From Candidatus Thorarchaeota archaeon (GTDB taxonomy: Archaea; Asgardarchaeota; Thorarchaeia; Thorarchaeales; Thorarchaeaceae), in the NCBI GenBank assembly GCA_963726195.1, contig CAVSBO010000004.1, forward strand, positions 192,001 to 256,000: a stretch of 64,000 nt of DNA, read 5' to 3'. The position numbers were made by a program, and so were the translations under genes. The notes beneath the pieces are model-generated. The model was given only the letters and a program-made list of their open reading frames with translations, was not told the origin of the DNA and did not search any database. Below, piece by piece: positions 1 to 9,833 of this stretch (position 1 is its first letter; each line of letters starts with the position of its first letter).

Positions 1-2
1 AC

Positions 3-857
3 GGAATTCCTGAGTTCAGGCTGCCGAAGAAAATTGTCGAGGCTGAGGTCGAGTTCCTCAAGAAGATTGGAGTGGAAGTAAAGTTCGATTATGTCATTGG
101 CAAGATAAAGACGATTCGTGATTTCTTAGAGAAAGACGGTTACGATGCGGTGTTCATTGGAACGGGAGCAGGAGCCCCAGTGTTCATGAAGATACCCGGA
201 GAGAGTCTGATTACAGTCTTCTCCGCCAATGAGTTTCTGACCAGAGTCAACCTGATGAAGGCATACAAGTTTCCTGAATATGATACTCCTGTCCGCATTG
301 GCAAACGAGTTGCAGTGATAGGCGGCGGAAACGTGGCTATGGACGCGGCTCGAACATCACTTAGACTCGGAGCCAACGAGGTGCACATTGTCTACAGGAG
401 GTCTCGCGACGAGATGCCCGCAAGACACGAAGAAGCCGTTCATGCAGAAGAAGAAGGTGTTCAGTTCGATTTTCTTGTTAATCCGGTGGAGATTTTGGGC
501 GACGATAAGGGCAATGTTGTCGGAATGGCATGTGTGAAGATGGAACTGGGCGAGCCCGACGAGTCTGGGCGAAGAAGGCCCGTTGTGATTCCGAATTCGA
601 AGTACGTCATGGATGTGGATATGGTGATTGTCGCAATTGGGACAGCCTCTAACCCTATTGTGCCTACTTCAACGCCCGGTCTCGATTTGACCCAGTTTGG
701 CTACATCACAATAGATGAGAAGACGGGCATGACCTCGATCCCCGGTGTCTTCGCTGGCGGCGACATAGTCACGGGTTCTGCAACCGTCATCAGCGCAATG
801 GGTGCCGGGAAGCGGGCAGCCAGGGGTATCCACGAGTATCTCACTAACAAGTCATGA
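3..857 (+). CDS. GltD/SudA/NfnB-family FAD/NAD(P)H oxidoreductase (glutamate synthase beta-like), 5'-truncated by window edge
   Basis: Frame is open from base 3 (GIPEFRLPKKIVE). Motifs: YDAVFIGTGAG, VAVIGGGNVAMDAAR, VYRRS, GVFAGGDIVTG. Confidence 0.9.
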   Translation, partial: GIPEFRLPKKIVEAEVEFLKKIGVEVKFDYVIGKIKTIRDFLEKDGYDAVFIGTGAGAPVFMKIPGESLITVFSANEFLTRVNLMKAYKFPEYDTPVRIGKRVAVIGGGNVAMDAARTSLRLGANEVHIVYRRSRDEMPARHEEAVHAEEEGVQFDFLVNPVEILGDDKGNVVGMACVKMELGEPDESGRRRPVVIPNSKYVMDVDMVIVAIGTASNPIVPTSTPGLDLTQFGYITIDEKTGMTSIPGVFAGGDIVTGSATVISAMGAGKRAARGIHEYLTNKS

Positions 858-1040
858 CAGTTCTCGATGACATAGAGCGTTCCTTGGAGATGCAATGAAG
901 CATTCTAGTACGACGCACCCATGTCGCCCGGCGGTCGGCTGCTCGGCGTTGGCTTTCGACACGCTTACCCGAGACCCTAAACCCAAAGAATTCATTACCA
1001 AGTCCTGAAACCTACGTCTAGGCCGAGCTGGTGTTACCGA

Positions 1041-2564
1041 ATGCAGCAGGAATCAATCAGCACAAATGACATGCGCATTCTTGAGCTCAATGCCGAGTAT
1101 CTTGGCATCACACTGGGAATGCTGATGGAGAACGCAGGCCGCGAAGTGGTCCGGCTTGTGGAGTCTATTGAGCCGCTTGAGGGCAAGAGGGTTGCAGTGC
1201 TGTGCGGTGTTGGTGGCAACGGAGGTGACGGGATGGTCGCTGCAAGATATCTGTATGCCGCCGGCGCAAGTGTCGATGTTCTCTTGGTTGGGGACGAGGA
1301 AAGCATCTCGAATCCACATACGTCCGTTAACTGGAAGATTCTGAAAAACATCAGGGGAATCAACAAATCAATCCTGAAATCGGAGTCCGATGTGAAATCC
1401 TGCAAAGCGATTTCCCGGGCGGAGTTGCTTGTTGATGCCATGCTCGGCATTGGTCAGATGAACCCAGTTCGTGAACCCATGTTGACTGCAGTGAAGGCCT
1501 TCAACAGCTCGAAGGCAACGAAATTCTCGATAGACATTCCGACAGGAATGGACTCTGACACAGGTCAGATATATGGCGATGCAGTGAGGGCTGCTCACAC
1601 TATCACGCTGCATGCTCCCAAACCCGGGCTCTACAAGTCCTCGGAGTATGTGGGAAAGCTTCACGTCGTTGATATTGGCATTCCGAAGGATGCAGGATTG
1701 ACTTGTGGCAACGGCGACCTCTGGCTCTATACGCGACCTAGGAAGCCCACTGCACATAAGGGAGACTTTGGCAGAATCCTGGTGATTGGTGGCAGTGACG
1801 TTTTCTCGGGAGCTCCTGCCTTGACAGCAATGGCCGCACTGAGAACAGGGGCAGATTTCGTTTCTCTGCTTGTTCCTGACCCGGTTGTTGCACCCATCAG
1901 GAGTTACAGTCCCAATCTCATGGTTCATGGTCTGAACAGCAACATCCTAGTTCCTGAGTCGCTGGATTTTGTAAGAGAAGTTGCTCAGCACTGTGATGTA
2001 GTTGCAATAGGACCGGGGCTCGGCCAAGCCGTGCAGACCATGGAAGCATCGCGCTCGATTGTTGAAGCTCTCGCATCTGATGGCAAAATGCTGGTCATCG
2101 ACGCCGATGCTTTGAAGGCTCTTTCATCGTCAGGAATTACACTGAACCCAGACTCATCTATTTTGACACCCCATTGGGGAGAGCTCACGATACTTCTAGC
2201 CAAAGATCTTGGTGACCCAGATGTCCTGGAAAACAGAATCGACAAGGCAGTCGAGGCATCATCGATGTTCAACACAATAGTCCTTCTGAAGGGTCATGTT
2301 GACGTCGTAGCTCATCCTGATGGTCGATACAAGCTGAACTACACGGGAACGCCGGCAATGACTGTCGGAGGCACTGGTGACGTACTCACAGGAATATCCG
2401 CCACCATGCTGTCAAGGGGGTACGGAGCATTCAAAGCTGCATGTGCTGCGGCCTTCGTTTCAGGACTGACGGGAGAAAGGGCATTCCAAGAGCTGGGAGA
2501 TCACATCACGGCGACTGACTGCGTAGCCAAGATTGCTGAAGTGATGGGGCCCATTTCTAAGTGA
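1041..2564 (+). CDS. nnr: Bifunctional NAD(P)H-hydrate epimerase/dehydratase (YjeF/Nnr)
   Basis: N-domain LMENAG, GGNGGDG, DAMLGIG, IDIPTG. C-domain HKGDFGRILVIGGS, IGPGLG, DADAL, TPHWGE, GGTGDVLTG. Confidence 0.95.
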   Translation: MQQESISTNDMRILELNAEYLGITLGMLMENAGREVVRLVESIEPLEGKRVAVLCGVGGNGGDGMVAARYLYAAGASVDVLLVGDEESISNPHTSVNWKILKNIRGINKSILKSESDVKSCKAISRAELLVDAMLGIGQMNPVREPMLTAVKAFNSSKATKFSIDIPTGMDSDTGQIYGDAVRAAHTITLHAPKPGLYKSSEYVGKLHVVDIGIPKDAGLTCGNGDLWLYTRPRKPTAHKGDFGRILVIGGSDVFSGAPALTAMAALRTGADFVSLLVPDPVVAPIRSYSPNLMVHGLNSNILVPESLDFVREVAQHCDVVAIGPGLGQAVQTMEASRSIVEALASDGKMLVIDADALKALSSSGITLNPDSSILTPHWGELTILLAKDLGDPDVLENRIDKAVEASSMFNTIVLLKGHVDVVAHPDGRYKLNYTGTPAMTVGGTGDVLTGISATMLSRGYGAFKAACAAAFVSGLTGERAFQELGDHITATDCVAKIAEVMGPISK

Positions 2565-3558
2565 TGACGGGCATATCATCCATGTACGATTTGGCACGAG
2601 CCTTGTTGTCGTCATCAACCGGTGACCACACAATTCCCACGTCAGGTTGACCATAGAGCAGAACCGAGCCGATAGGTGCCAAGAGCATTGCCGGGAAACC
2701 CAAAAGATCCTCTTCGCCCTCCACCATTATCAGTGATTTCACGCTATCGTGAATAGCCGTGTCCATAACGGACCATGCCTCAGGGAATATCACCGCAGCA
2801 GGATTGTAGATCAAGTATTCCTTTTCGCCAGTAAATGAGCCTTCGAACTGGCCCCTCTTGGTTGTTCCGTCCACCACGCACACGTCTGGCGTGTAGTTCT
2901 GAGAAATGATGGATGCAGTTGTTACATCTCCCACCGAAATTACCTTGACAGGGTTTTCCTTTCTGATTCTCTGCACAATTTCCTTCTCAGGACAGACTTG
3001 ACTTGAGTCGTACACCTGCCCCTTGGGTATCTTCAGGCCGGGCCTAGTCGAAAACTCTAGACGCCTTGGGGCTTCTCTTGTGCCTTTGAGACGATGACCT
3101 TCCCTGTCGATTTCACCACGCCTTATTCTTGCAGAGGTTATCTTGCCTCCATCTTCAGCAAGAACTGGTTTGACATACTCCATTCTGTCTTTGAGCTCAA
3201 GCTGCTGCTTCCTCAGGCTCAAAGCCCTCGACTGGGTTTCTTGGCAGCATGGCCCTTCAAACATCATGAATACTGTGGAACCTTGTATTTTCAGCAGTTC
3301 TGCGTAGCTGCTGACGATATGTACTTGGATCGTGCGGCTCAGTTTCTTGTCCGCTAGGTACGCCACAAGCTTCTTCACTCTGGTCGTGACGGGCTGAATT
3401 ATAGACGCCAGCTCCAAGTCACCTGCTACCAGCTCTCCGTCAGTTACGGCTGCCACCGGCTTCGCCATTTGACGGAGCCCCTCAATCAGAGCCTCATGGC
3501 CCGAATGGAACCGGTCAAACAGATTCAGAGCCCATGTGCCAGCCATAGCAAAAACCAC
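2557..3558 (-). CDS. Fusion of archaeal phosphopantetheine adenylyltransferase and GTP-dependent dephospho-CoA kinase (DUF359)
   Basis: N-half FDRFHSGH (HxGH) and KITSARIRRGEIDREG. C-half VGDVTT, VDGTTKRG, VEGEEDLL, LYGQPDVGIV. Confidence 0.85.
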   Translation of the reverse strand: MVFAMAGTWALNLFDRFHSGHEALIEGLRQMAKPVAAVTDGELVAGDLELASIIQPVTTRVKKLVAYLADKKLSRTIQVHIVSSYAELLKIQGSTVFMMFEGPCCQETQSRALSLRKQQLELKDRMEYVKPVLAEDGGKITSARIRRGEIDREGHRLKGTREAPRRLEFSTRPGLKIPKGQVYDSSQVCPEKEIVQRIRKENPVKVISVGDVTTASIISQNYTPDVCVVDGTTKRGQFEGSFTGEKEYLIYNPAAVIFPEAWSVMDTAIHDSVKSLIMVEGEEDLLGFPAMLLAPIGSVLLYGQPDVGIVWSPVDDDNKARAKSYMDDMPVIT

Positions 3559-3649
3559 GCCGTAGGGTCAAGGCTTCTACACTCAGAAGACTCTTTAGAC
3601 TCTTTGCTCTATATATAGAGGCGTACCTGAATCGGGAAGTGACACGCCC

Positions 3650-4366
3650 ATGAGAGTGCTTGCGGTAGGCGACGTTCATAGTCCACGCTTCTTGGAGCCG
3701 TTCCTAGGGGGGCTAGACCACATAGCGCCTCCTGATCTCTTTCTCTTGGCCGGGGACATGATTAACAGGGGAAGGCCGTACGAGTTCCGGACTCTGCTCG
3801 ACGCCGTTCACGCAAGGCTGGGATGCGATTTCCCGGTCGTGGCCTGTTACGGTAATGAAGAATACACCGAAGTCAGAAAGGAGTTATCCTCTCTTGTCCA
3901 TGGTGAGGTCATTTTCCTGGACGAGGCATCTACCGAGGTTCAAGTTGGTGAACTGAAGGTAGGGATAGTCGGAACTCAAGGGTCGCTTGACAAGCCCACT
4001 AATTGGCAGAGAGAGCATTTGCCAAGCATAAAGGGGTCTTTTGAAAGGAGGGCCCGCCGGGCAAAGTCACTCCTGAAGAGAATGAGGCACAGGGTTGACA
4101 AGCGAGTGTTGCTTATGCACTATAGCCCCTGCCTAGAGACATGTGAGGGTGAAGACTCACGGTTGTTTGCTTGGATGGGTAGCAAGAAGTTCTACAATCT
4201 CATTCTCTCAGAACAACCTGATCTTGTCATACATGGTCATGTGCACAATGCGACCATGCACCAAGCTCGTATAGGTGACACAGTTGTCATGAATGTCGCT
4301 CTGCCTGCGGTGGGCAAAGTGACTGAACTGAATCTTTGGAGGCCCAATCTCAACTACCTGTACTAG
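3650..4366 (+). CDS. Calcineurin-like metallophosphoesterase
   Basis: GDVH, LAGD, GNEE, MHY and HGHVH metal-ligand motifs. Confidence 0.9.
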   Translation: MRVLAVGDVHSPRFLEPFLGGLDHIAPPDLFLLAGDMINRGRPYEFRTLLDAVHARLGCDFPVVACYGNEEYTEVRKELSSLVHGEVIFLDEASTEVQVGELKVGIVGTQGSLDKPTNWQREHLPSIKGSFERRARRAKSLLKRMRHRVDKRVLLMHYSPCLETCEGEDSRLFAWMGSKKFYNLILSEQPDLVIHGHVHNATMHQARIGDTVVMNVALPAVGKVTELNLWRPNLNYLY

Positions 4367-4423
4367 TCTTGTTGCATTCTTCGGCGTTTGCGGGCGGTGC
4401 AACTCTGAGAGGGCTTGAGATTC

Positions 4424-4853
4424 TTACCTGTCAGGGTGTCCTGTAACCTTCATCGTAGGTTCGAACTTGAATCCGTATAGAATCAATCCTGCGTGACCGA
4501 ACTCAGTAATCTTTCTGAAGCAAGACTCTGACTCTCATATCTATGTACACATCTTCAATATTGCAGTTGACAATTTGAGTCGTGAGCTTGGGGCCTTCGT
4601 CAAGCTGGACTTGAGCGACAATGTAAGGCGCTTGCGTCTTGAAGTCATCAGGCGCTTGCCGGACTATTGCGAAGGTGTGAACTATGCCAAGTCCTTTGAA
4701 TTTGTGGTCCTCTAGGTGTCCCTTCCTCCTGCACTTAGGACAGACCGGGCGAGGAGGGAAGTAGTAGGAATCACATGTTGTGCAGTGGTTTCCGATTATG
4801 TTATACATAGCCGGGATTTTCCGCCAGATTTGGGCTACGCCATGCTCGGCCAT
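4424..4853 (-). CDS. DUF35 Zn-ribbon/OB-fold protein (thiolase/HMGCS scaffold); one frameshift near 4529
   Basis: CxxC...PPRPVCPKC. Removing one base near 4529 restores MRVESCFRKITEFGHAGLILYGFKFEP...* ending at 4424. Confidence 0.88.
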
Positions 4854-4859
4854 CTCGCA

Positions 4860-6032
4860 TCACCTTCCAAGAATATGTACTATCGAAGTTGCGCCAGTCC
4901 CTCCGATATTCACAGCCATTGCTTTCTCTGCACCACTCACTTGGCGCTTTTCGGCGTCTCCCCTGAGTTGGAACACGAGCTCGACAATCTGAGCAACCCC
5001 AGTTGCTCCGATAGGGTGTCCCCTGGCCTTGAGACCACCGGACGGATTAACAGGATACTTCGCGCCAATCTCTGTCAAACCTTCATCCAGCAGCTTGCCA
5101 CCCTTTCCCTTCTCGGTGATTCCGACGTCTTCGGTCAGCATTATCTCTCCTATGGTGAAAGAATCGTGCAGCTCAAACACATCAATGTCATTGATAGTCA
5201 ATCCCGCCTTCTTCAGAGCTTCCCTACTTGACGAGACTGCAGCGTCCATGGTGCATATGTCTCGTCTGTCGTGCAAAGCCAGGGTATCGCTTGATTGAGT
5301 TGAAGCCTCAATGTAGATGGGCGTGTCTGTATAACGCTTGGCCATCTCTTCGCTGCACATGATGAGACCTGCTGCACCATCACTGATCGGAGAAGAGTGA
5401 AGGACTCTGATAGGGTCCGCGATTAATCCTGATTTCATGACGACATCGAGAGGCACAGCCTTCTGGAACTGAGCCGAAGGATTGTGTTCGGCGTTCTTGT
5501 GATTCTTGACAGCAACTTGTGCGAGATGTGTCTCTGTTGTTCCATATTCATGCATATGTCGTCGTGCCATGAATGCATAGAGCGCCGGGAATGTAGCCCC
5601 GAAAATGCCTTCCCATTCCCAATCGGCAGCCACACCCATGGTTCTCATCGCTTCGGACTGGTTTACGTCACTCATCTTTTCGCAGCCGAGGACTAGCATG
5701 AGATCATGCTCCCCGGATCTTATTGCCATGTACGCTTGGCGGACTGCGGCTCCACCGCTGGCGCATGCTGCTTCCACACTGTAGGCTGGGATGTGACCCA
5801 AGCCGCCCATGTCTGCAGCCAGAGCGCCCAAGTGTTCTTGGCCTGTGAAACGGCCGGCGCTCATGTTGCCAATGCAGATGGCTTCGATATCTTTTCCTGC
5901 CACCTGAGAATCAAATATCGCATACATACCAGCTTCGAGTGTGATGTCTCTGAGACTCTTATCCCACAGTTCGCCGAACTTGCTAATCCCAACGCCAACA
6001 ATAGCGACTCTCTTCTTCACAGCCATTTGCAT
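4860..6032 (-). CDS. Acetyl-CoA acetyltransferase (archaeal thiolase)
   Basis: EAACASGG, ELHDSFT, GHPIGATG; lies between HMGCS and DUF35. Confidence 0.95.
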   Translation of the reverse strand: MQMAVKKRVAIVGVGISKFGELWDKSLRDITLEAGMYAIFDSQVAGKDIEAICIGNMSAGRFTGQEHLGALAADMGGLGHIPAYSVEAACASGGAAVRQAYMAIRSGEHDLMLVLGCEKMSDVNQSEAMRTMGVAADWEWEGIFGATFPALYAFMARRHMHEYGTTETHLAQVAVKNHKNAEHNPSAQFQKAVPLDVVMKSGLIADPIRVLHSSPISDGAAGLIMCSEEMAKRYTDTPIYIEASTQSSDTLALHDRRDICTMDAAVSSSREALKKAGLTINDIDVFELHDSFTIGEIMLTEDVGITEKGKGGKLLDEGLTEIGAKYPVNPSGGLKARGHPIGATGVAQIVELVFQLRGDAEKRQVSGAEKAMAVNIGGTGATSIVHILGR

Positions 6033-6037
6033 CCAAC

Positions 6038-7087
6038 CTACATGTTTATGGTGTGTTTGTACTTGGCATAGGTAGCATAGCTTACGTACACCTTTCTCTG
6101 AATGTAATCATCAACAGTTGGGACTTCTCCGCGATGCCCTAGGATTTCATCTTCCACACGGATAGTGAAACCGTCGCTACCTGCTCCGGATCCATATGAT
6201 ATGACAAATATCCTGTCCCCGGGTTTTGAAATATCCAGCACTCTGGCAAGACCAATCATAGCTGACCCGGAGTATGTGTTCCCAATTTGGCGAACCACCA
6301 AGCTATCTTCCAGCTTCTCCGATGGAACACCAAGCTGTTTTCCCACCGCCACTGGGAACTTGCCATTGGGCATGTGAAACACGAAGTAATCAAAGTCGTC
6401 CACCGAGGTCCCTGTTGTCCGAAATAGCAGTTTTGCACACTCTTCGACATGTCGGAAGTAAGCGGGCTCACCAGTAAACCGAGCTCCATGACTGGGGAAG
6501 TCTTCGCCCTCGCGGCGCCAGAAGTCCGGGGTATCGGATGTGACCGAGACAGTCTTCTCAATCGTTGCCACAGGATTATCCTCGCCAATCAGGTATGCCG
6601 CTCCACCGGCCGCTGCTGAGTACTCCAGTGCATCGCCTGGTCTTCCCTGCGCTGTATCAGCTCCGATAGCGAGCCCTATCTTGACCATTTTGGATTGAAC
6701 TAGACCCATGGAAGTCTGTATTCCGGCTGTTCCAGCTTTGCATGCAAACTCGAAGTCAGCGCATGTGATTTCGCTCGAACACCCTATCGCCGCTGCAACA
6801 ATCGTCCCTGTGGGCTTCACAGCATAGGGGTGGCTTTCCGATCCGACGTACACAGCTCCTATGTCCTTGGCGTCAATCTTGCCGTACTTGATGGCATTCC
6901 TCGCCGCCTCCGTTGCGATGGTTGCTACATCCTCGTCCGGACCGGGCAGAGACTTCTCGATAACTCCGAGACCCTGTGCCATTGCTTCCCCGTCTTCGCC
7001 CCAGACCTCGGCAATGTCTAATGTCCGGATGCGATATCTCGGTATGTAGATGCCGTAGCCGACTATGCCAACCATATAATTGGTCAC
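6038..7087 (-). CDS. hmgS: Hydroxymethylglutaryl-CoA synthase (archaeal type)
   Basis: [18 protein letters not shown] (catalytic Cys), [25 protein letters not shown]. Confidence 0.95.
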   Translation of the reverse strand: MTNYMVGIVGYGIYIPRYRIRTLDIAEVWGEDGEAMAQGLGVIEKSLPGPDEDVATIATEAARNAIKYGKIDAKDIGAVYVGSESHPYAVKPTGTIVAAAIGCSSEITCADFEFACKAGTAGIQTSMGLVQSKMVKIGLAIGADTAQGRPGDALEYSAAAGGAAYLIGEDNPVATIEKTVSVTSDTPDFWRREGEDFPSHGARFTGEPAYFRHVEECAKLLFRTTGTSVDDFDYFVFHMPNGKFPVAVGKQLGVPSEKLEDSLVVRQIGNTYSGSAMIGLARVLDISKPGDRIFVISYGSGAGSDGFTIRVEDEILGHRGEVPTVDDYIQRKVYVSYATYAKYKHTINM

Positions 7088-7395
7088 TCCTTTCAGAGTT
7101 TGAAGAACGTCGAATTTTCCTTCGTCATCTTTCTCAATTAGCCACGGGGCGGCGCGAGAGTCCTTTAAGAAGATTGTTGTAGCCCTTCCCGTGAATGAAC
7201 GGCTTTCGCCGAACGCGTACTGTCACGAATGCACTATGACGACGCACGAATGGGACGGCTCGGCTATTTATGACTAACGACGGGAGCCAAGGCCAAGATT
7301 CCGGCTGCACGCCGCTCCCCTTTCGTCCGTTCGTTTGAGTGGGCGCGTGATTGATTGGACCGTGGGCCTCGAATTAAGCATATAAGCTGTTAGAA

Positions 7396-7614
7396 GTGTC
7401 TCTGTACAGGGTGTCATATTTGGCCACAGTTCTAAGAACAGTTCGGCTGACGAGAGTCGAGGTCACTGAAACTAAGACGGTGGCCCAGCTGTTGCATGAC
7501 CTCAATCTTTCTCCTGATCACATCGTGTTAGTCGACGGACATAGGATGACATCTGGCTCCATCATACACGAACACGACAATGTCATTGTGCTTCCCCTTA
7601 TTGCGGGTGGCTAG
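7396..7614 (+). CDS. MoaD/ThiS/SAMP-family ubiquitin-like protein
   Basis: TVAQLL..L, IVLVDG, D.VIVLPLIAGG* with free C-terminal GG; start codon uncertain. Confidence 0.85.
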   Translation: MSLYRVSYLATVLRTVRLTRVEVTETKTVAQLLHDLNLSPDHIVLVDGHRMTSGSIIHEHDNVIVLPLIAGG

Positions 7615-9112
7615 TCGTTCGGATTCTTTGTGCGAACTTATGAGCTGCTTCCAAGTCTATTCTTAGCTCAGCAATGGGCTCACTGCGAATCGGGAATCCG
7701 ACCTCCATCGCAATTCTGTCTAGAACGATTTTTGTAAGTTGACTCTTGTCTTTGTTCTCAAGCTGTGGCGGGCACTCAGTTTTTTCAGATATAGCTCTTG
7801 AGAGCGCCTTCTGAGACCCCGAGCTATACTGCGTTGCCTTCTTTGGGCTGAAAGCAATGATTTCAGGCAGCCCCATGTTGACGGCAAGTTGCCTGAAGAT
7901 AGCTTTCCGTTCTGGCGGGTTGTCTGAAGAGATCTTCCATCGAGAAGGCACTGCAAGGGCTTCGAGAATGAACCGACTATTCAGATATGGGAAGAACGCG
8001 CTTAGGCCATTGTAGCCTACCGCTCTCTCGTCGCGCGCGATGTTTGTCTTGTGTGTTTGCTGAACCTCGGAGCGCAGTTCTTCATCGAGTGCATCTTCTC
8101 CATTCTCTGCAAATAGCTTGGCATGTTTTGAATATCCGCCGAACAACTCATCCGGACCTTGACCCGAAATCAGTATGGTCTCTCCTGAACTTCTTGCTGC
8201 GCGAGCCGCGATGAAGAACGGAAGAGCAATCTCGATATCTATTTGCCGAGTTGTTTCAATGGCGTAGATTATCTCAGGCAGATTCTCCCAAACGGTGTCT
8301 GGGTCGAATGGGGCAATTTCCAGTTCTAGGCCTAATCCCCGAGCGGCGGTGGATGCAGACTCCTCGTCGTGCGACCCTTCGGCGCATGCGGTAAACAGGG
8401 TTACTTCCCTGCAAACCGTCTTGGCAAGCAAAGCTGCAAGTGAGTTATCAACCCCACCTGAGAACAGAACTCCAACGCGCTCAGCGGCACGCAGAGAACC
8501 AAAGCAATTCTCCAGGCTTTTTTGAAGAGACGTAAGAAAGTCCTCACGCGATCGGCTTTTGTCCGTACGTGGATATGATTTCTCCAGTGCTGAGACTACT
8601 GACTGGGGATGACGCAAATCCACTCGAAGCGTTTGATTGGGTTCGAGTTCTATGCTATTGTACAAGCCAATGCTCCAGAGGGCCTTTCTTTCGGTAGAGA
8701 ATGCAAGATTCCCTTCTGACCACTGGAAGTACATTGGGTTTGTGGAATGTCCATATCTTGAGACGATGAGATCCGACTGACTAGCTCCCATGATTAGAGC
8801 ATCGGCCAGTTCTGGATGCTCGATGTCGATATCGCTCTTTAGATCAGCGACTCCGGATTTCAAGAGCTGTTCGACTGTCTCTTGGCAATCATTCCACGAA
8901 CACACGACAAGCGTCTGTTTGTTCGCACGAAGTGCGAAATGATCTTGAATCAGAGGCGACCGGACTGCGAAGCCGAATTGCGCAGAAAGACCATGATCCG
9001 AGACAACAAGCCTCTCTTGTCCTCTGTGCTCCATGGCGTCGGACATACGCCGGAGCACCCTAGATGGACTAGCGGCGTTGTGGGTGCTGTAGAAGCCTAC
9101 GATACCTACCAT
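7598..9112 (-). CDS. Asparagine synthetase-like ATP pyrophosphatase (AsnB family) with degenerate glutaminase domain
   Basis: LFSGGVDN, SGQGPDELFGGY, FPYLN, PKKATQYSSG. N-terminus is MVGIVG instead of MCGI. Confidence 0.8.
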   Translation of the reverse strand: MVGIVGFYSTHNAASPSRVLRRMSDAMEHRGQERLVVSDHGLSAQFGFAVRSPLIQDHFALRANKQTLVVCSWNDCQETVEQLLKSGVADLKSDIDIEHPELADALIMGASQSDLIVSRYGHSTNPMYFQWSEGNLAFSTERKALWSIGLYNSIELEPNQTLRVDLRHPQSVVSALEKSYPRTDKSRSREDFLTSLQKSLENCFGSLRAAERVGVLFSGGVDNSLAALLAKTVCREVTLFTACAEGSHDEESASTAARGLGLELEIAPFDPDTVWENLPEIIYAIETTRQIDIEIALPFFIAARAARSSGETILISGQGPDELFGGYSKHAKLFAENGEDALDEELRSEVQQTHKTNIARDERAVGYNGLSAFFPYLNSRFILEALAVPSRWKISSDNPPERKAIFRQLAVNMGLPEIIAFSPKKATQYSSGSQKALSRAISEKTECPPQLENKDKSQLTKIVLDRIAMEVGFPIRSEPIAELRIDLEAAHKFAQRIRTTSHPQ

Positions 9113-9215
9113 TGCAATCAGCAGAGCTTATTCTTGGCGTAATCTTGGAACGGAAAGGAGCTTCCTCTCTTGCTCGCTAGGCCAGCTATCTGGGGACTGT
9201 TGGCTCGACATGGAC

Positions 9216-9635
9216 TCACTTGGATACTGGCACATCATGCAGTATAACGTTCTGTACCCCAGATATCGCCTTGAGCGAGCGTTCGAGGTTGGCGACAGGC
9301 ATCTTGAGCTGACCCGGTGTGAAATAACACTCATAGTAGCATTGGTTCGCAGCTTGACAGATTCCGCTAGTGAAGAGAATGTCTTGGAGCCCGGCCTTAT
9401 CAAAGATAGTTGTGAGTTCTTCCAGAAAGCTCTTGCTCAATTTCTGAATGTCCAGCTTGAGGTAAGTCACCTTGTCGCTGCCAACTGGATACAACTTGAC
9501 ATTCTTGTCCTTCATGACAAGTATCGCAAGCCCGTAGGGCTGCCCAATACCGTCCACGAAGTCCGCTGGCAATGTAATCGCATTGCCTTTCACTATCTTC
9601 ATCACTCTTGCTTGAGTCATGTCCGTCTTGCTCAA
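9216..9635 (-). CDS. Hypothetical protein, probable AbrB-like N-domain plus ACT-like C-domain
   Basis: KIVKGNAITLPADFV resembles the AbrB swapped hairpin. C-half has an ACT-like pattern ending LKAISGVQNV. Confidence 0.55.
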   Translation of the reverse strand: MSKTDMTQARVMKIVKGNAITLPADFVDGIGQPYGLAILVMKDKNVKLYPVGSDKVTYLKLDIQKLSKSFLEELTTIFDKAGLQDILFTSGICQAANQCYYECYFTPGQLKMPVANLERSLKAISGVQNVILHDVPVSK

Positions 9636-9833
9636 TGATTGTGCCTCCGAACTAAGCCAAGGAGGAAATCACTTGATGCAATTATATCTCTTGTGGGAAT
9701 TGCCATCTAAGCGGCAGCTGGGTGTCTACGAAGCATTCGCTATGGCATAAGCCTGTCAATTGGCCAGCAGACTGGTCTGTGTCGAGTCATAGATAAAAGC
9801 TGACACGATTGCTTGAACCTGCTGCACTGCAGA

